A stretch of DNA of 64,000 nt from a virus. Within the stretch, counting starts at the first letter, position 1, and the number at the start of each line of letters is the position of its first letter. This document shows positions 17,910-28,900 of the stretch, piece by piece. The notes under the pieces are model-generated. The model searched no databases, was not told where the DNA came from, and saw nothing but the letters and a program-made list of their open reading frames with translations. The stretch lies in the IMG/VR virus record IMGVR_UViG_3300045988_176431, positions 32,001 through 96,000 of that record; one strand, 5' to 3'. A program made the position numbers and the translations under genes.

Positions 17910-19361
17910 TTAATTAATAGGTTCACAATTATCACATACTTCTTCTTTTGGTTCTTCATCATCAGATTCATGCTTTTTTATGTCACCATGAAAAGATGAT
18001 GTTTGTACTTTCTTATTTTTTTGGATAAATTCACTAATGTCTCCAATCTCTTTATCTTTTTTTGAATTTTCGATTTCATCTAAGATCCTTGTGTATTCTT
18101 TTTTCAAATCATCAAGATCCATATCTGTTAATTCTTTTGTAATTGGGTATTTATTCAATTCCAAAGTTTTTAACATAATGGCTCTTTCTTCTTTTTTCTT
18201 TTTCTCGTCACGTTCGATTCTTCTAGGATGATTTGGATGTAAGATATTATCCTTTTCAAATCGTTCTTTATAATCTTCAAAGTAATCTAAGCATTTCTTA
18301 ATTGAATTAATGAATTTTTCTTTATTTGCATCATTATATTTTTCATAAATCAATTTTGAAATGGAAGATACAATTGAGCGTACATAAGAACGGTCTGCAT
18401 CATCATTAATATTGATATAAGCAATAAACCTCATCACAATAAATAAATATAAGTTATTGTATACATGATATTCTTCCGGCAAGTATTTTTCTTCAATATT
18501 AAAGAAGAAACGATATGTGCTAGAATTAAATCCGACCTTTTCAATTTTATTTTTAAATCGTTCAATAATATAAGCACTCTTGTTATTATTGAAGTATGTT
18601 TTAACAATACTTTCTACTTCTTTTGTTCCAAGTTTATCAAGACGTTCCGTGATAAAAGAACCATTAATGATTTTTTCAAGAGCATCAATCTTTTTTTGCA
18701 TCTTATTAATCTCAAAGGTATTCATTTTTTCTTTATCTTCTCTAAGACTAACGATTCTTTCATTTAAACGTTTAAGATTTTCTATCTGTTTTTGTTCATA
18801 TTCTGGAGAGCACATGTAATTAGAATATTCATTTAATACTTTTTCTGTTTCATCTTTTAATTCTTTTACATTATTTTCAGATTCCTCTAAAGAAACAAAA
18901 TCTTCTTTTAATTTTACAAGTACCTCACGAATTAAATTAAATTTTTCTGTAGGATAAACTTCCTCGAAAGGAACTACATCAATTTCTTTCTCATCATAAT
19001 TAGGTAAATTTTCTGGATCTAAATTTTCATCTATTGTATTTTTACTTTCATAATGCTGACTACAAATATCTTTAATCCAGTTTTCATCTGATTCAATATC
19101 TGGAACATTTTTCATATCCATTGGACCAAATGGAATTCTGATTTTTAATAATGCTTCTTCTGCAACGTCATCATCCATTTTTCGAAGTTCTTCTTGTGTA
19201 TAAGCATCAAATAAAAATTTACTACGACCAAAAGAAATATTATCAGCCTCATATGAATTTTTTACAATGTCACGGTAGATATTTAACTGCTCTTCTGCCT
19301 CTTTAACCATATCTACCATAACTTTATAATCCTGATGTGGATTAATCTTTTTCTCTGACAT
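17910..19361 (-). CDS. acidic coiled-coil protein, function unknown
   Basis: Start at MSEKKINPH after RBS AAGGAGG. Lies downstream of the terminase on the minus strand. Confidence 0.75.
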   Translation of the reverse strand: MSEKKINPHQDYKVMVDMVKEAEEQLNIYRDIVKNSYEADNISFGRSKFLFDAYTQEELRKMDDDVAEEALLKIRIPFGPMDMKNVPDIESDENWIKDICSQHYESKNTIDENLDPENLPNYDEKEIDVVPFEEVYPTEKFNLIREVLVKLKEDFVSLEESENNVKELKDETEKVLNEYSNYMCSPEYEQKQIENLKRLNERIVSLREDKEKMNTFEINKMQKKIDALEKIINGSFITERLDKLGTKEVESIVKTYFNNNKSAYIIERFKNKIEKVGFNSSTYRFFFNIEEKYLPEEYHVYNNLYLFIVMRFIAYININDDADRSYVRSIVSSISKLIYEKYNDANKEKFINSIKKCLDYFEDYKERFEKDNILHPNHPRRIERDEKKKKEERAIMLKTLELNKYPITKELTDMDLDDLKKEYTRILDEIENSKKDKEIGDISEFIQKNKKVQTSSFHGDIKKHESDDEEPKEEVCDNCEPIN

Positions 19362-19430
19362 ATTTTTGTCCTCCTTATTAAAATAAATAATTAAAAAAAT
19401 GTCATAAGGAATATACATAATCAGAAAGTA

Positions 19431-19462
19431 AAAAGAGATGAGAAATATTTCTCATCTCTTTT
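19431..19462 (-). terminator. hairpin after the terminase gene
   Basis: 12-bp stem AAAAGAGATGAG / CTCATCTCTTTT. Confidence 0.6.
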
Positions 19463-19467
19463 AGTAA

Positions 19468-20757
19468 TTAGAAATTATTTAATGTATTAAATAAATCTAA
19501 GTCTATACTTCCCATGTTTTCATCAGAACCATCAATCATATAATCTGCTGTGTTGTCATAAAGCTCACTATCAATGAGATTTTTCTTATATAACATCATA
19601 GATTCTTTTTGGGATTGAGCAATTGCTTTTCTCAGTTCTTCTGCATACATGTCTTTATTTGCTTCTTTCATCATTGTATCATGAATATCTCTTGCTGCTT
19701 CTGTTGAAATATTCTTTGTATAAGCGTCATCAGGTCTATGCAAACCATCATTATTTGCATTTTCAATAACTTCACCTTTATACAAACCAAAAGTCTCTAA
19801 GTTATCACCATGATAGTATACATATAATCCTATTAAGTATGACATAATAGAGTCATCGTGAAAACCTGCTCCTGCTTCGATTTTTCCACTTGGTTTTTTC
19901 ACAAGTCTTGATAAGTCATCCACAATATTTTGACAAATAAATTTATCTTTAAATTCACTAACATGTCTTGACAATATTGCGAACATTGTTTCACGTGAAT
20001 TTCCTTGTGTATAAACACCATAAAATTTCTTTTTCTGAGCATTATTCTTGAGCATACTTTGTACAGTTTCGTTCGAATGCATTTTTTCTTCTTGTAAATC
20101 TCTTGATTTATCAAAATACAGATTTCCTGCAATTGGACTATACATCAAATGATCAATGATACCATCACCTACGTTATTACGCTCAATACAAATAATAGCA
20201 TTTGGAATATATTGCTCAACTAATTCACGAATTACTAATTCATAAAGGGTTTCACCAATATAAGAACATTTAAATTCAGCAACAGGTTCTACCTTATAAG
20301 GATCAATAATTGTCATTGCATTATTATCTCCAAGAGTACCAGTAGAACAGTCAACACCTACAATATATGGAATTGATTTATCAAATTCTTCGTATATATC
20401 TAATTCATAATATTCTTTCAAATAAACTTTCTTAATCGGTCTCTTACATACATCAATGATGTAATCAATATCTTCACGAGCATATGGAGAATTTCCAGAA
20501 CCTTTCAATCGTTGTAATAAAATCTCACGACGAACAGTTAATGGATCACCAATCTCATTAGCGATATCTCTAAACCATTTTTCATCTTTTCCGATTTGAT
20601 GATAATCATATTCAATATATAAAATATGATTGGAATCATCTGCTTTAATCCAATCAATACATTTTTTATCAGACCAATCATACATTTTTTCAGTCCATGG
20701 TCTTGTTTTTGCTAACAATCTTTGTGCTGCCATTCCTTCAGCAGTATCTAAATCACC
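19468..20757 (-). CDS. terL: terminase large subunit, exon 2 (nuclease half)
   Basis: Begins GDLDTAEG. RNase-H-like acidic motifs VGVDCSTG and FHDDSIMSY. Confidence 0.85.
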   Translation of the reverse strand, partial: GDLDTAEGMAAQRLLAKTRPWTEKMYDWSDKKCIDWIKADDSNHILYIEYDYHQIGKDEKWFRDIANEIGDPLTVRREILLQRLKGSGNSPYAREDIDYIIDVCKRPIKKVYLKEYYELDIYEEFDKSIPYIVGVDCSTGTLGDNNAMTIIDPYKVEPVAEFKCSYIGETLYELVIRELVEQYIPNAIICIERNNVGDGIIDHLMYSPIAGNLYFDKSRDLQEEKMHSNETVQSMLKNNAQKKKFYGVYTQGNSRETMFAILSRHVSEFKDKFICQNIVDDLSRLVKKPSGKIEAGAGFHDDSIMSYLIGLYVYYHGDNLETFGLYKGEVIENANNDGLHRPDDAYTKNISTEAARDIHDTMMKEANKDMYAEELRKAIAQSQKESMMLYKKNLIDSELYDNTADYMIDGSDENMGSIDLDLFNTLNNF

Positions 20758-21140
20758 CAATTTATTTTATTCATATAAGTTCGTTATACTTATATCTGTT
20801 TTTATACAGCTATACTTCTCAGTATAGATTAGACTATATCTTCATCCTTATATTCTATTACCAAACATAAAGAGCCTACCATTTCGTAAAGCACCAATTT
20901 CGTGCACCCAGACTTCTGGTCTACTCTACTCAGTTATTCATATATAGATTTCTCTATATACTATCCTTTCGATAGTCGTTGAACATTCCTAATTGTTATT
21001 AGGCTTTGCTGCGGATTGTCTCTATCCTTAACGTTTTTACTATATTTTCAATATTAGTAGGTAAGACTTAACGAGAGTTCCCCGCAATTAGATAGGTTTT
21101 CCTTAAAAGTTTATGCAACTTTCTCACGCCCAGTGATTTT
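20758..21140 (-). mobile_element. group I intron B (ORF-less, minus strand)
   Basis: Reverse complement of the shared intron core. P1 pairs ACGCCT with GGGCGT, with a terminal U-G. P10 pairs AAATCAC with GTGATTT. Splicing gives FTCTP-GDLD. Confidence 0.8.
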
Positions 21141-21977
21141 AGGCGTGCATGTAAATATACGACCATATAATGTATGATTTTTCTTTGATTTTTCTGCGGC
21201 TGTATTAAATGTAGAAACCGAGTTCTGAACAATAACATCAATATGAGATGTAAATTCAGGCTCGTCAAAATGTAATAATGGTGAAGTTAAACCACGGGCT
21301 AAGTTTAATGCCTGTGCATAACTTGTTGCTTTTGCTTTAACGGTAATACTATTTCCTGTCACAGGATGTTGCATACGGGTTGCATTTTTAACCATCTTTG
21401 TAATTTTACCGTCTTCATCCATATAAGATTCAAATCGTAAATATTCAGGTAATATCTCAATTTGTGCAGCGACACGACGTAAATTTTCTTTTGCATTCTC
21501 ACCATCTTTATTTACAAAAATAAAGTTAGAGTTTGAAGTACCAAAAGAATATGCCCATGTTTGTATACACAATGCTGAAACAGTTTTACCTTGCTGACGA
21601 CAAAGACATAACCATGAATCATACCCATGTAATAAACACCAAGCTTGTGCAATATTACCACGATTTGCACGATATGGAACACCATTTTTCATACCAGGCT
21701 CTGGAATTCTTGCTACCTCACGTAGATAATACCAAGGATTCTTTGTACATTCTACCATGATACGTGAAATTTGGTCTTTTGACAAACTTGTTCGTTCTGT
21801 CTTTTCATCTACTTGAAAAGCATCTACATTTGTCAAACTAATATCACATATTTCTAGCATGAAATAAAAGTTTTTTATTCCTACTTTTTTTAAATCAGTA
21901 GCAACTTTTAAAAAACTTTTATTGGCAGTTCCAGTATCATAATACTTTCCATTTATTTTCCTTATTCTATGTGCCAA
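21141..21977 (-). CDS. terL: terminase large subunit, exon 1 (ATPase half)
   Basis: Walker A CRQQGKT, Walker B LLHFDEPE, motif III TCTP. Likely TTG start 8 nt after AAAGGAGG (protein LAHRIRK...). Confidence 0.85.
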
Positions 21978-22067
21978 AAAGATTTCCTCCTTTCTTACAT
22001 GAATTAATATACTGTCATGAATGAAAGAAAAAATATCCATTAAAAACATGATTATAAAGAACGTGAG

Positions 22068-22604
22068 GTGAGATTTTTGTATAAAGAAAATAGAAATGAA
22101 TTAAGAAGAATCATACAAAACTACTTAGCAGATAAAAAACCATTAGTAGGGAAAATCAACTTATCTACATTAAAGCAAACAGAAAAACTATTAAAGAAAT
22201 CAAAAAATGATAAAATGATTTCTGTAAATGATGTAATTGGTTATCATCGTATTATGAATACGAAAATGAATGTTATTTATTCAGAAATGTCAAAGGAACA
22301 TAAAAAAAAGATTGATATTTCAATCGCTACAAAAGAAATGAAAGTTATTGATGCTTTTAGACTAGCAATTCATTTAATGAATAAAGATTTTAAAGTTTTA
22401 CTTAGTGAGAAATACTTTGATGAATATAAAAAATACAAAATGTATGGAAAAATAGATACTGATAATATTATCTTTGAAAACTTAAAAGATACAATATCAT
22501 TACGAAAGAAAGTTGTAGAAGCTTATATTTCTTTCGTATATGGTCTATACAAAAAGATTCCAGAATTAATTCGTGAATATCGAAAGGATGTGACAAAATG
22601 TTAG
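22068..22604 (+). CDS. hypothetical protein
   Basis: 178-aa ORF with GTG start after GAGGTG. The start is uncertain. Confidence 0.6.
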   Translation: MRFLYKENRNELRRIIQNYLADKKPLVGKINLSTLKQTEKLLKKSKNDKMISVNDVIGYHRIMNTKMNVIYSEMSKEHKKKIDISIATKEMKVIDAFRLAIHLMNKDFKVLLSEKYFDEYKKYKMYGKIDTDNIIFENLKDTISLRKKVVEAYISFVYGLYKKIPELIREYRKDVTKC

Positions 22605-23002
22605 TATTTGACAGGTACTTCCGAGCTAAGGTAGATAGTTCGAAGTTTTTATCAAATGAAGTAAAAGAGATGGTTCGAAATGATGATTTTTCGTTGATTC
22701 ATAATCCATATGAAATCAATAAACAGATTGAAACGATTCAACGTCTTTTGAATGGAACTCGTGATTTAACAAAACGTGAACGAGCAATGTTAGAAAGTGG
22801 AATAAAAGAACGAATTCTTTTAATGGAAGAGATTAATAAGAATCGTAAAGAAATGGAAATGGTTGAAGATATTAATAATACGAATTCAACTTCACCAATC
22901 GATATTGCTATCAGTTGTAAAATCAAAGAACAACATTATGATGGATATATTCGAAGAGAACGAGCAGAAGAAATGATTCATCATTTAGATATTAAACCTT
23001 AA
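22598..23002 (+). CDS. hypothetical protein
   Basis: 134-aa ORF overlapping the upstream stop codon. Confidence 0.65.
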   Translation: MLVFDRYFRAKVDSSKFLSNEVKEMVRNDDFSLIHNPYEINKQIETIQRLLNGTRDLTKRERAMLESGIKERILLMEEINKNRKEMEMVEDINNTNSTSPIDIAISCKIKEQHYDGYIRRERAEEMIHHLDIKP

Positions 23003-23034
23003 AGAAATAGGATACTTTTATGTATCCTATTTCT
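23003..23034 (+). terminator. hairpin terminator
   Basis: 13-bp stem AGAAATAGGATAC / GTATCCTATTTCT. Confidence 0.7.
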
Positions 23035-23098
23035 TATTTTACGTTTTTATATTCAAAAACACAATTCAATATCAATGAATAAGAGAGGAATGTGTAAT

Positions 23099-24349
23099 AT
23101 GAAATTAACTAACAAATTAAAACCATTTAGAAGTATTACAAATGAATTATTGTCTCCTGTTACAGAATTATCAAATCAGTTATTGAAGGAGTCAATTAGT
23201 AAAAAAATAGAATATGTATTTGAAGAATACGGCACAGATTATAAAATGATACGAAATACAAGATCATCTATCATGTTTAGTACAGATATGGTTGATATTT
23301 ATTTAAAAATATTAGAGTGGATTTATAAATATGATAAAAGAGCGGATATGAACAGGGAATCTATAATTAAATCTTTTGATAATGGTGCAATTAAAAGATT
23401 TCGAATTGGTGCTAATGTTGTAGTAATACATTGTGAATTAACACATGTAGGTATGCATACTAAAAAATTTATAATTGAAATTCTCGGATTACAAGTAGGT
23501 CAGTTATATGAAATAATAACAAGTATCATCAACAAAGAAATTCAAAGAAAAGATGAAAAATATATTAATAATAAATATATAGTCACAGAATTTCGTGTTG
23601 ATATGGCAGCTACTAATGGATTGAATTTAAAAAATGATTTTTCAGATTTGATTTGTCCTGAAAAAGATGATGTTTTAAATAATTTAAATAGATTTTTTGA
23701 GAAAGAAGAACTTTATAAGAATCATAATCTGATATTTAATTATAATATTTTGCTTCACGGTAAACCTGGAACCGGAAAAACTCTTCTTGCAAGAATTATA
23801 TCAGATTACTATGATGCAATTTTATTCACCTTTAATTCAAAAAGTTATATTTATGATTTTTTCAATTTTACGATTTATGATTCTTTTTCACAAGATATTA
23901 GAAAACATAAGAAATTTATTTTCTTATTTGATGAAATTGATATTATTTTAAAAGATACATTGATTGACCCCGTTTCTAAAGCATCTGCAGAATCAGAGAA
24001 TTCAAAATTAGAGACAATTTTAAAAGTATTAGATGGTGAACTATCAGTTCATAATTCTATTACAATTCTTACAACAAATCATATGGAAGATTTGGATGAA
24101 AGAGTTATTCGTTCAGGACGAATTGACTGTGATATTGAAATGAAAGATTTGTCATATGAATATGCTCTTAAGATATTAGAAAAATTTGATGTAGACCCAG
24201 GTAAGTATTTTGAAATATTATCATTTTATATAAAAGAAGATAAATCTGATTCAACAAAGGAAAATATTACTGAAAAAGTAATAAAGAAATGGAAATATAA
24301 TCCATCCAAATTAGAATCAATTATTTTACATCATTTATTAAGAAACTAA
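23099..24349 (+). CDS. AAA+ ATPase
   Basis: Walker A GKPGTGKT, Walker B FIFLFDEID, sensor and arginine region TTNHMEDLDERVIRSGRID. Confidence 0.85.
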   Translation: MKLTNKLKPFRSITNELLSPVTELSNQLLKESISKKIEYVFEEYGTDYKMIRNTRSSIMFSTDMVDIYLKILEWIYKYDKRADMNRESIIKSFDNGAIKRFRIGANVVVIHCELTHVGMHTKKFIIEILGLQVGQLYEIITSIINKEIQRKDEKYINNKYIVTEFRVDMAATNGLNLKNDFSDLICPEKDDVLNNLNRFFEKEELYKNHNLIFNYNILLHGKPGTGKTLLARIISDYYDAILFTFNSKSYIYDFFNFTIYDSFSQDIRKHKKFIFLFDEIDIILKDTLIDPVSKASAESENSKLETILKVLDGELSVHNSITILTTNHMEDLDERVIRSGRIDCDIEMKDLSYEYALKILEKFDVDPGKYFEILSFYIKEDKSDSTKENITEKVIKKWKYNPSKLESIILHHLLRN

Positions 24350-24354
24350 AAAAA

Positions 24355-24388
24355 AGAAGAGAATACAGAATATTCTGTATTCTCTTCT
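24355..24388. terminator. bidirectional hairpin terminator
   Basis: 16-bp stem AGAAGAGAATACAGAA / TTCTGTATTCTCTTCT. Confidence 0.8.
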
Positions 24389-24392
24389 TTTT

Positions 24393-24638
24393 TCACTTAC
24401 TTTCCTCGATTGATTTAAGTTTCTTTTTTATTATTTGTATATCTTCATGTACTTCATCTAATTGATTTTGTATGTTATCTAACTTATTATTGATATGCTC
24501 TTGTTTTTCAATGATTTCAAGACATATATTATTTGTTCGGTTATATGTCATAATTATTAATCCCATATTAATAATTAGATAGACAAATAATGCTATAAGC
24601 ATGACAGTACTAAATACAACATATGTTTTCTTTTTCAT
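24393..24638 (-). CDS. small membrane protein with coiled-coil tail
   Basis: RBS AAAGGTGGTG. N-terminal TM segment VVFSTVMLIALFVYLIINMGLII. Confidence 0.7.
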   Translation of the reverse strand: MKKKTYVVFSTVMLIALFVYLIINMGLIIMTYNRTNNICLEIIEKQEHINNKLDNIQNQLDEVHEDIQIIKKKLKSIEESK

Positions 24639-24746
24639 GTTATCACCACCTTTCTTTATTTACATTAATATGATATATAAATATGTCAGTTAATTTATTA
24701 GAAAAAACATATACTTAATAAATTATAATAGTTAGGATGTGATAGA

Positions 24747-25469
24747 ATGAATATATCTAAATTAGTAACCCGTATTAAAATGCAAATCGGTATTTATGGA
24801 GTTGCTTTACCAATTGATAATTTAGATGAAATCATTACAGATATTATACGTGATATCACGTTACCAGTATTTTCAACATATTGTCCATATGAAGAAAAAC
24901 TTTATATAGACCTTGATAAATTAGAAAGACTTGAACGTACATCAAGTTATTCTTCTTATCTCTTACCAGAGTTTAATCAAAGAAAACTTCTTTATATAAA
25001 AGACATTAGTTATGATGATAGATGTATGTCTGGAATCGGATACTGGGGTGGTGATATTCCATATTTAAATGGCGTATTAATGCAACAATCGATGATTAGT
25101 AATGCTGCTAATAACTTGTTACGAACTGTAATTCCAAAACTTAATTTTCAGTTCGAACCACCAAGAAGAGTTACGATTTATAATATGATTGCTACAAATA
25201 GTTTAATCTTTTCTTTACTATTTGAGCATGACAAAAATTTACAAACAATAACACCAACACAAGAAGAAAGTTTCTTCCGATTAGCTATATTAGATGTTAA
25301 AAATAATCTTTATGGATTAGTAAAACATTACAATCAGATTCAAACAGCATACGGTACTATTGATTTGAAAATTGATGATTGGCAAAATGCAGAAGCAGAA
25401 CGTAGAGATTTATTAAATGATTGGGATGATAAATATCAATTAGATTTAGGACAAATTACATGGAGTTAA
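24747..25469 (+). CDS. hypothetical protein
   Basis: 240-aa ORF. Confidence 0.7.
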   Translation: MNISKLVTRIKMQIGIYGVALPIDNLDEIITDIIRDITLPVFSTYCPYEEKLYIDLDKLERLERTSSYSSYLLPEFNQRKLLYIKDISYDDRCMSGIGYWGGDIPYLNGVLMQQSMISNAANNLLRTVIPKLNFQFEPPRRVTIYNMIATNSLIFSLLFEHDKNLQTITPTQEESFFRLAILDVKNNLYGLVKHYNQIQTAYGTIDLKIDDWQNAEAERRDLLNDWDDKYQLDLGQITWS

Positions 25470-25475
25470 TAAAAA

Positions 25476-25503
25476 AAGAAGAATTATTATAGTAATTCTT
25501 CTT
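25476..25503 (+). terminator. hairpin terminator
   Basis: Stem AAGAAGAATTA / TAATTCTTCTT followed by a T run. Confidence 0.65.
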
Positions 25504-25860
25504 TTTGTGTAGAGAGTGAAGATGATATTACTCATCTTCACTCTCTACTTCCTCTTCCGGAATTATTTCATCTGGAATTTCTGGTCCATCATCATCAATT
25601 ATTTCATCTGGGATATTAATTTTTTCATTAATATCAGAATCAATTTCTTTTTCTTTTTCCATCTTTTCAACGCTTTTCTGAGCGTTTACACCAATAATGA
25701 TTCCGGCAATTCCGGAAATAATACCTGAAATAATAGCAGCTTTATTTGTGTCTTTCATATTGACACTCCTCTCTGGTTTTATAAGAGTTATTCCTTCTCT
25801 ATATTATTTATTAGATTCATGAATATAGTATATAAATGATATATACAGAAATACGATTTT
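25501..25860. repeat. ~360-bp direct repeat, copy 1 (small membrane gene cassette)
   Basis: By eye about 90% identical to 49547..49906. The repeat includes the coding region, the hairpin over the stop codon and upstream AT-rich sequence. Confidence 0.85.
25528..25758 (-). CDS. glycine-zipper membrane protein with acidic tail (paralog 1)
   Basis: RBS GAGGAG. TM segment AAIISGIISGIAGIIIGV. Tail with repeated IPDEII and the ending EEEVESEDE. Confidence 0.75.
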   Translation of the reverse strand: MKDTNKAAIISGIISGIAGIIIGVNAQKSVEKMEKEKEIDSDINEKINIPDEIIDDDGPEIPDEIIPEEEVESEDE

Positions 25861-25924
25861 CAATTCTAAATAACTGAGAAAACAAAGATATAACGTAATT
25901 GAAATATGAAAGTAGGTGAAAAAT

Positions 25925-28900
25925 ATGTACTTTGTAAACGATTTACCTTATTTAAAAGCAGTTCGTAAAAAAGCTTTTTTGCCAAAGGGTCAACCGATAT
26001 CACAAGGTAATTTAATTTTTCTATTTTCACCATCGATTGAAAAATCATTTGAAATGATCAATGATGAGACAACTGTCCCAAATGGTGGAAAATATTTTTG
26101 GTATTTTTATAACTTATTATATCGAGGAACCATTTATGGAAAACGATATCTTTATCGTGATATGAAAGAAAGACTTGCGATATATAAGCGAGTACCAAAA
26201 GAAACAAATATACGTTCTTATGCAACTAAACCAATTATTAGTGGTACAGAAAAAAGAAACACATATTATGAATTAGCTAGATATTATGAAATATTTAATC
26301 AATATTCAAGTAAATTAAATGCAGTAAAATTGGTTGATTGTTTTTGGAAATACTTTACTCCTATCTTTAAAGATCAATATGGATATTTAGATCATAAATA
26401 TGTCTTAATTAATGCAAATAACTTTAAAGATTTTAAAGGGGATAAATTAAGAGACCAGTTAAATAATCCTTTGTTTTTGATTTATTATACTTTGTGGAAA
26501 CAATTTGATTTGATTGCTGAGTTGGATATTGATTTCATTATTTATGCAAATGGAAAAATCATGAGATTTAACCCATCTAAATGTGATGAAAAATCTTATC
26601 GAATATATCTTAGAGAATTAAAAAAGATATATTCAGTTGCTACAGTTCCAATTGAGACAATTGCTGAAGAAGAAATTAATACTGAGGAAGAAGAAAAAGA
26701 AGAGGAACCGAGAGTAAAGTTTAAATCAGAAAAAATGTCTGTTACTAAAAAAACAGCATTACCAATTGTAGATAAAATTACGGCGGTAGCAACAAAATTG
26801 TCAGCATCTTCAAAAAAGAAGATTGAACAAAAGGTAATTCATAAAGTTTCTTCTGTATCATCTACTATGAATGTCGATAAGATAAAAGATGATGAAAAGA
26901 AAAAAGAGGTTGTAAAAGAAATTCAAAAGAAAGTAGAAGATGAAATTAATACAGATGAAGATGTGATTAAAGAAGTATATAATACAATGCAAAAAGAATT
27001 TGTACCAAAATCAACTTCACGTTCTACTGCTAGAGATAATCTTTTACGAGAAGAACAGAAGAAGTTGAATATCAAAGGTTCAACTTTAAAATCTATTGAA
27101 AAACAAAAAGATGTTGATATTGAAACAACAGATATTACTCAGAATGTAAAAAGCACAAATGAGAATACAAAAATAATCAAGTTTAATAACTTTAATAAAA
27201 CTTATAACGATAAGCTTTTAAATAAAGATATTATGGATTGCTTTACTCAATTGAATAATAAGTCAATTAAGATGTTTATCCGAAATGTCGATATAGAAGA
27301 TACTTCAGATGAATTGAATTATAAAGAAACTTGGACGGTTAAGTTAGAGGATGAAAACAGAAATCGTCATACAATAAAAGTAGATATTCCTAAATTCTTA
27401 GAGTATAAATTTTTATGGCTCGGTGGTAATAGAAAGAATATAAAGAATCAGATGTTCTTTTTACCATTTGTAAAGATTGATAAAGACCGTGTTCTTATTG
27501 TATCTAATTATAATAAGTTTACAATTCAACGAGTGGATACAAAGTCTTTAAGGGGTCTTTCTCGAATTGAAACATTTATTCAGAAATCAGATTCTTTTAA
27601 AGATTACTTTATTTCAGGTAATACTTTCTTTGAAAATAAAGATTTTATTACAGCAATTGAATATGATGAATTTGGAAAGAGTTTTCGTAAATTCCATAAA
27701 TCTCAAACAACGATTTACTTCAGTCAGGTAGAAGCAAAGCATGAGATGGAAAAGAAAATGATAAAGATTAAATCAAATGAAATGTTCATTGGTTTTGAAA
27801 AGGGTGAACCACTTATCCTTAATATTAAAACACAGAAAGATAAAAAGAATCGTGGTATTGTCGATATCATTTTAGATACGATGGATGAAACTCAATTAAA
27901 AGAGTATAAATCTATTAAAACGCCAAAACGGTTGATGCATACTCAGATTACAACAATGAAACAGGATTGTCCACTTATTATCATGCTTTGTATTTGGGAA
28001 GGACTTAGTACGGTATTAAAGAAAGCAAAGATTAAATATCGTTTAGGTGCAAGCATTCGTGATATGAAAGTAAACGAAGATTATATTCGTTTCAAGAATT
28101 GCTATTTGATTTATGAAGATGATATTGAATCTGAATTATTAATCAATGGATTGAAGTTATTAGATACTGCTTCACATGATATTGGTGAATATGAGACACA
28201 AGAAGTTTATCTTCCATATGTTGAAAGGAAATATGGTAGAATAAACGCTATTAATACATTAAATAATGCTTATGAATTTATGCTAGGTTCAATTGAAATA
28301 TCTTTATTAAAAGATATGAATCTTCCAACGGATATTGTATCTCTTTGTATTCATGCAAATGAAGTACTCTGTGATAATCAATACGACAATGAGTTAGTTC
28401 AAACACATTCTCGTATTCGTTGTAATGAAATTATTCCTGCAATTCTTTATGATAAGATTGCAAAAGCTTATACACCATTTAAGAACTCAAATGGTAAAAA
28501 GAAATTATCAATTCCACAAGATTGTGTCATTAAAGAAATTTTAAAGCAAAAAACAGTAGAAGATTATGATTCATTAAATCCTTTATTGGAACTTGAAACG
28601 AATCATGGTGTATCAACAAAAGGATTTCGTGGAATTAATTTGGAGCAGTCTTATAGTGTTCCAAAACGTTGTTATGATGATAGTATGATTGGTGTTATAG
28701 GACCATCTTCATCTCCAGATGGAAATGTAGGTGTAAATCGTTCTCTTACGATGGAACCAAATATTAAAACAGCAAGGGGATATGTAGAAGTAAAGAAAGA
28801 TAATTTGAATGAGGTAAAAGATGTTAATCTTTTCTCTCCAGCAGAACTTTTAATTCCTCTTGGTGTAACACGAGATGATCCAGTTCGAACTGGACATAGT

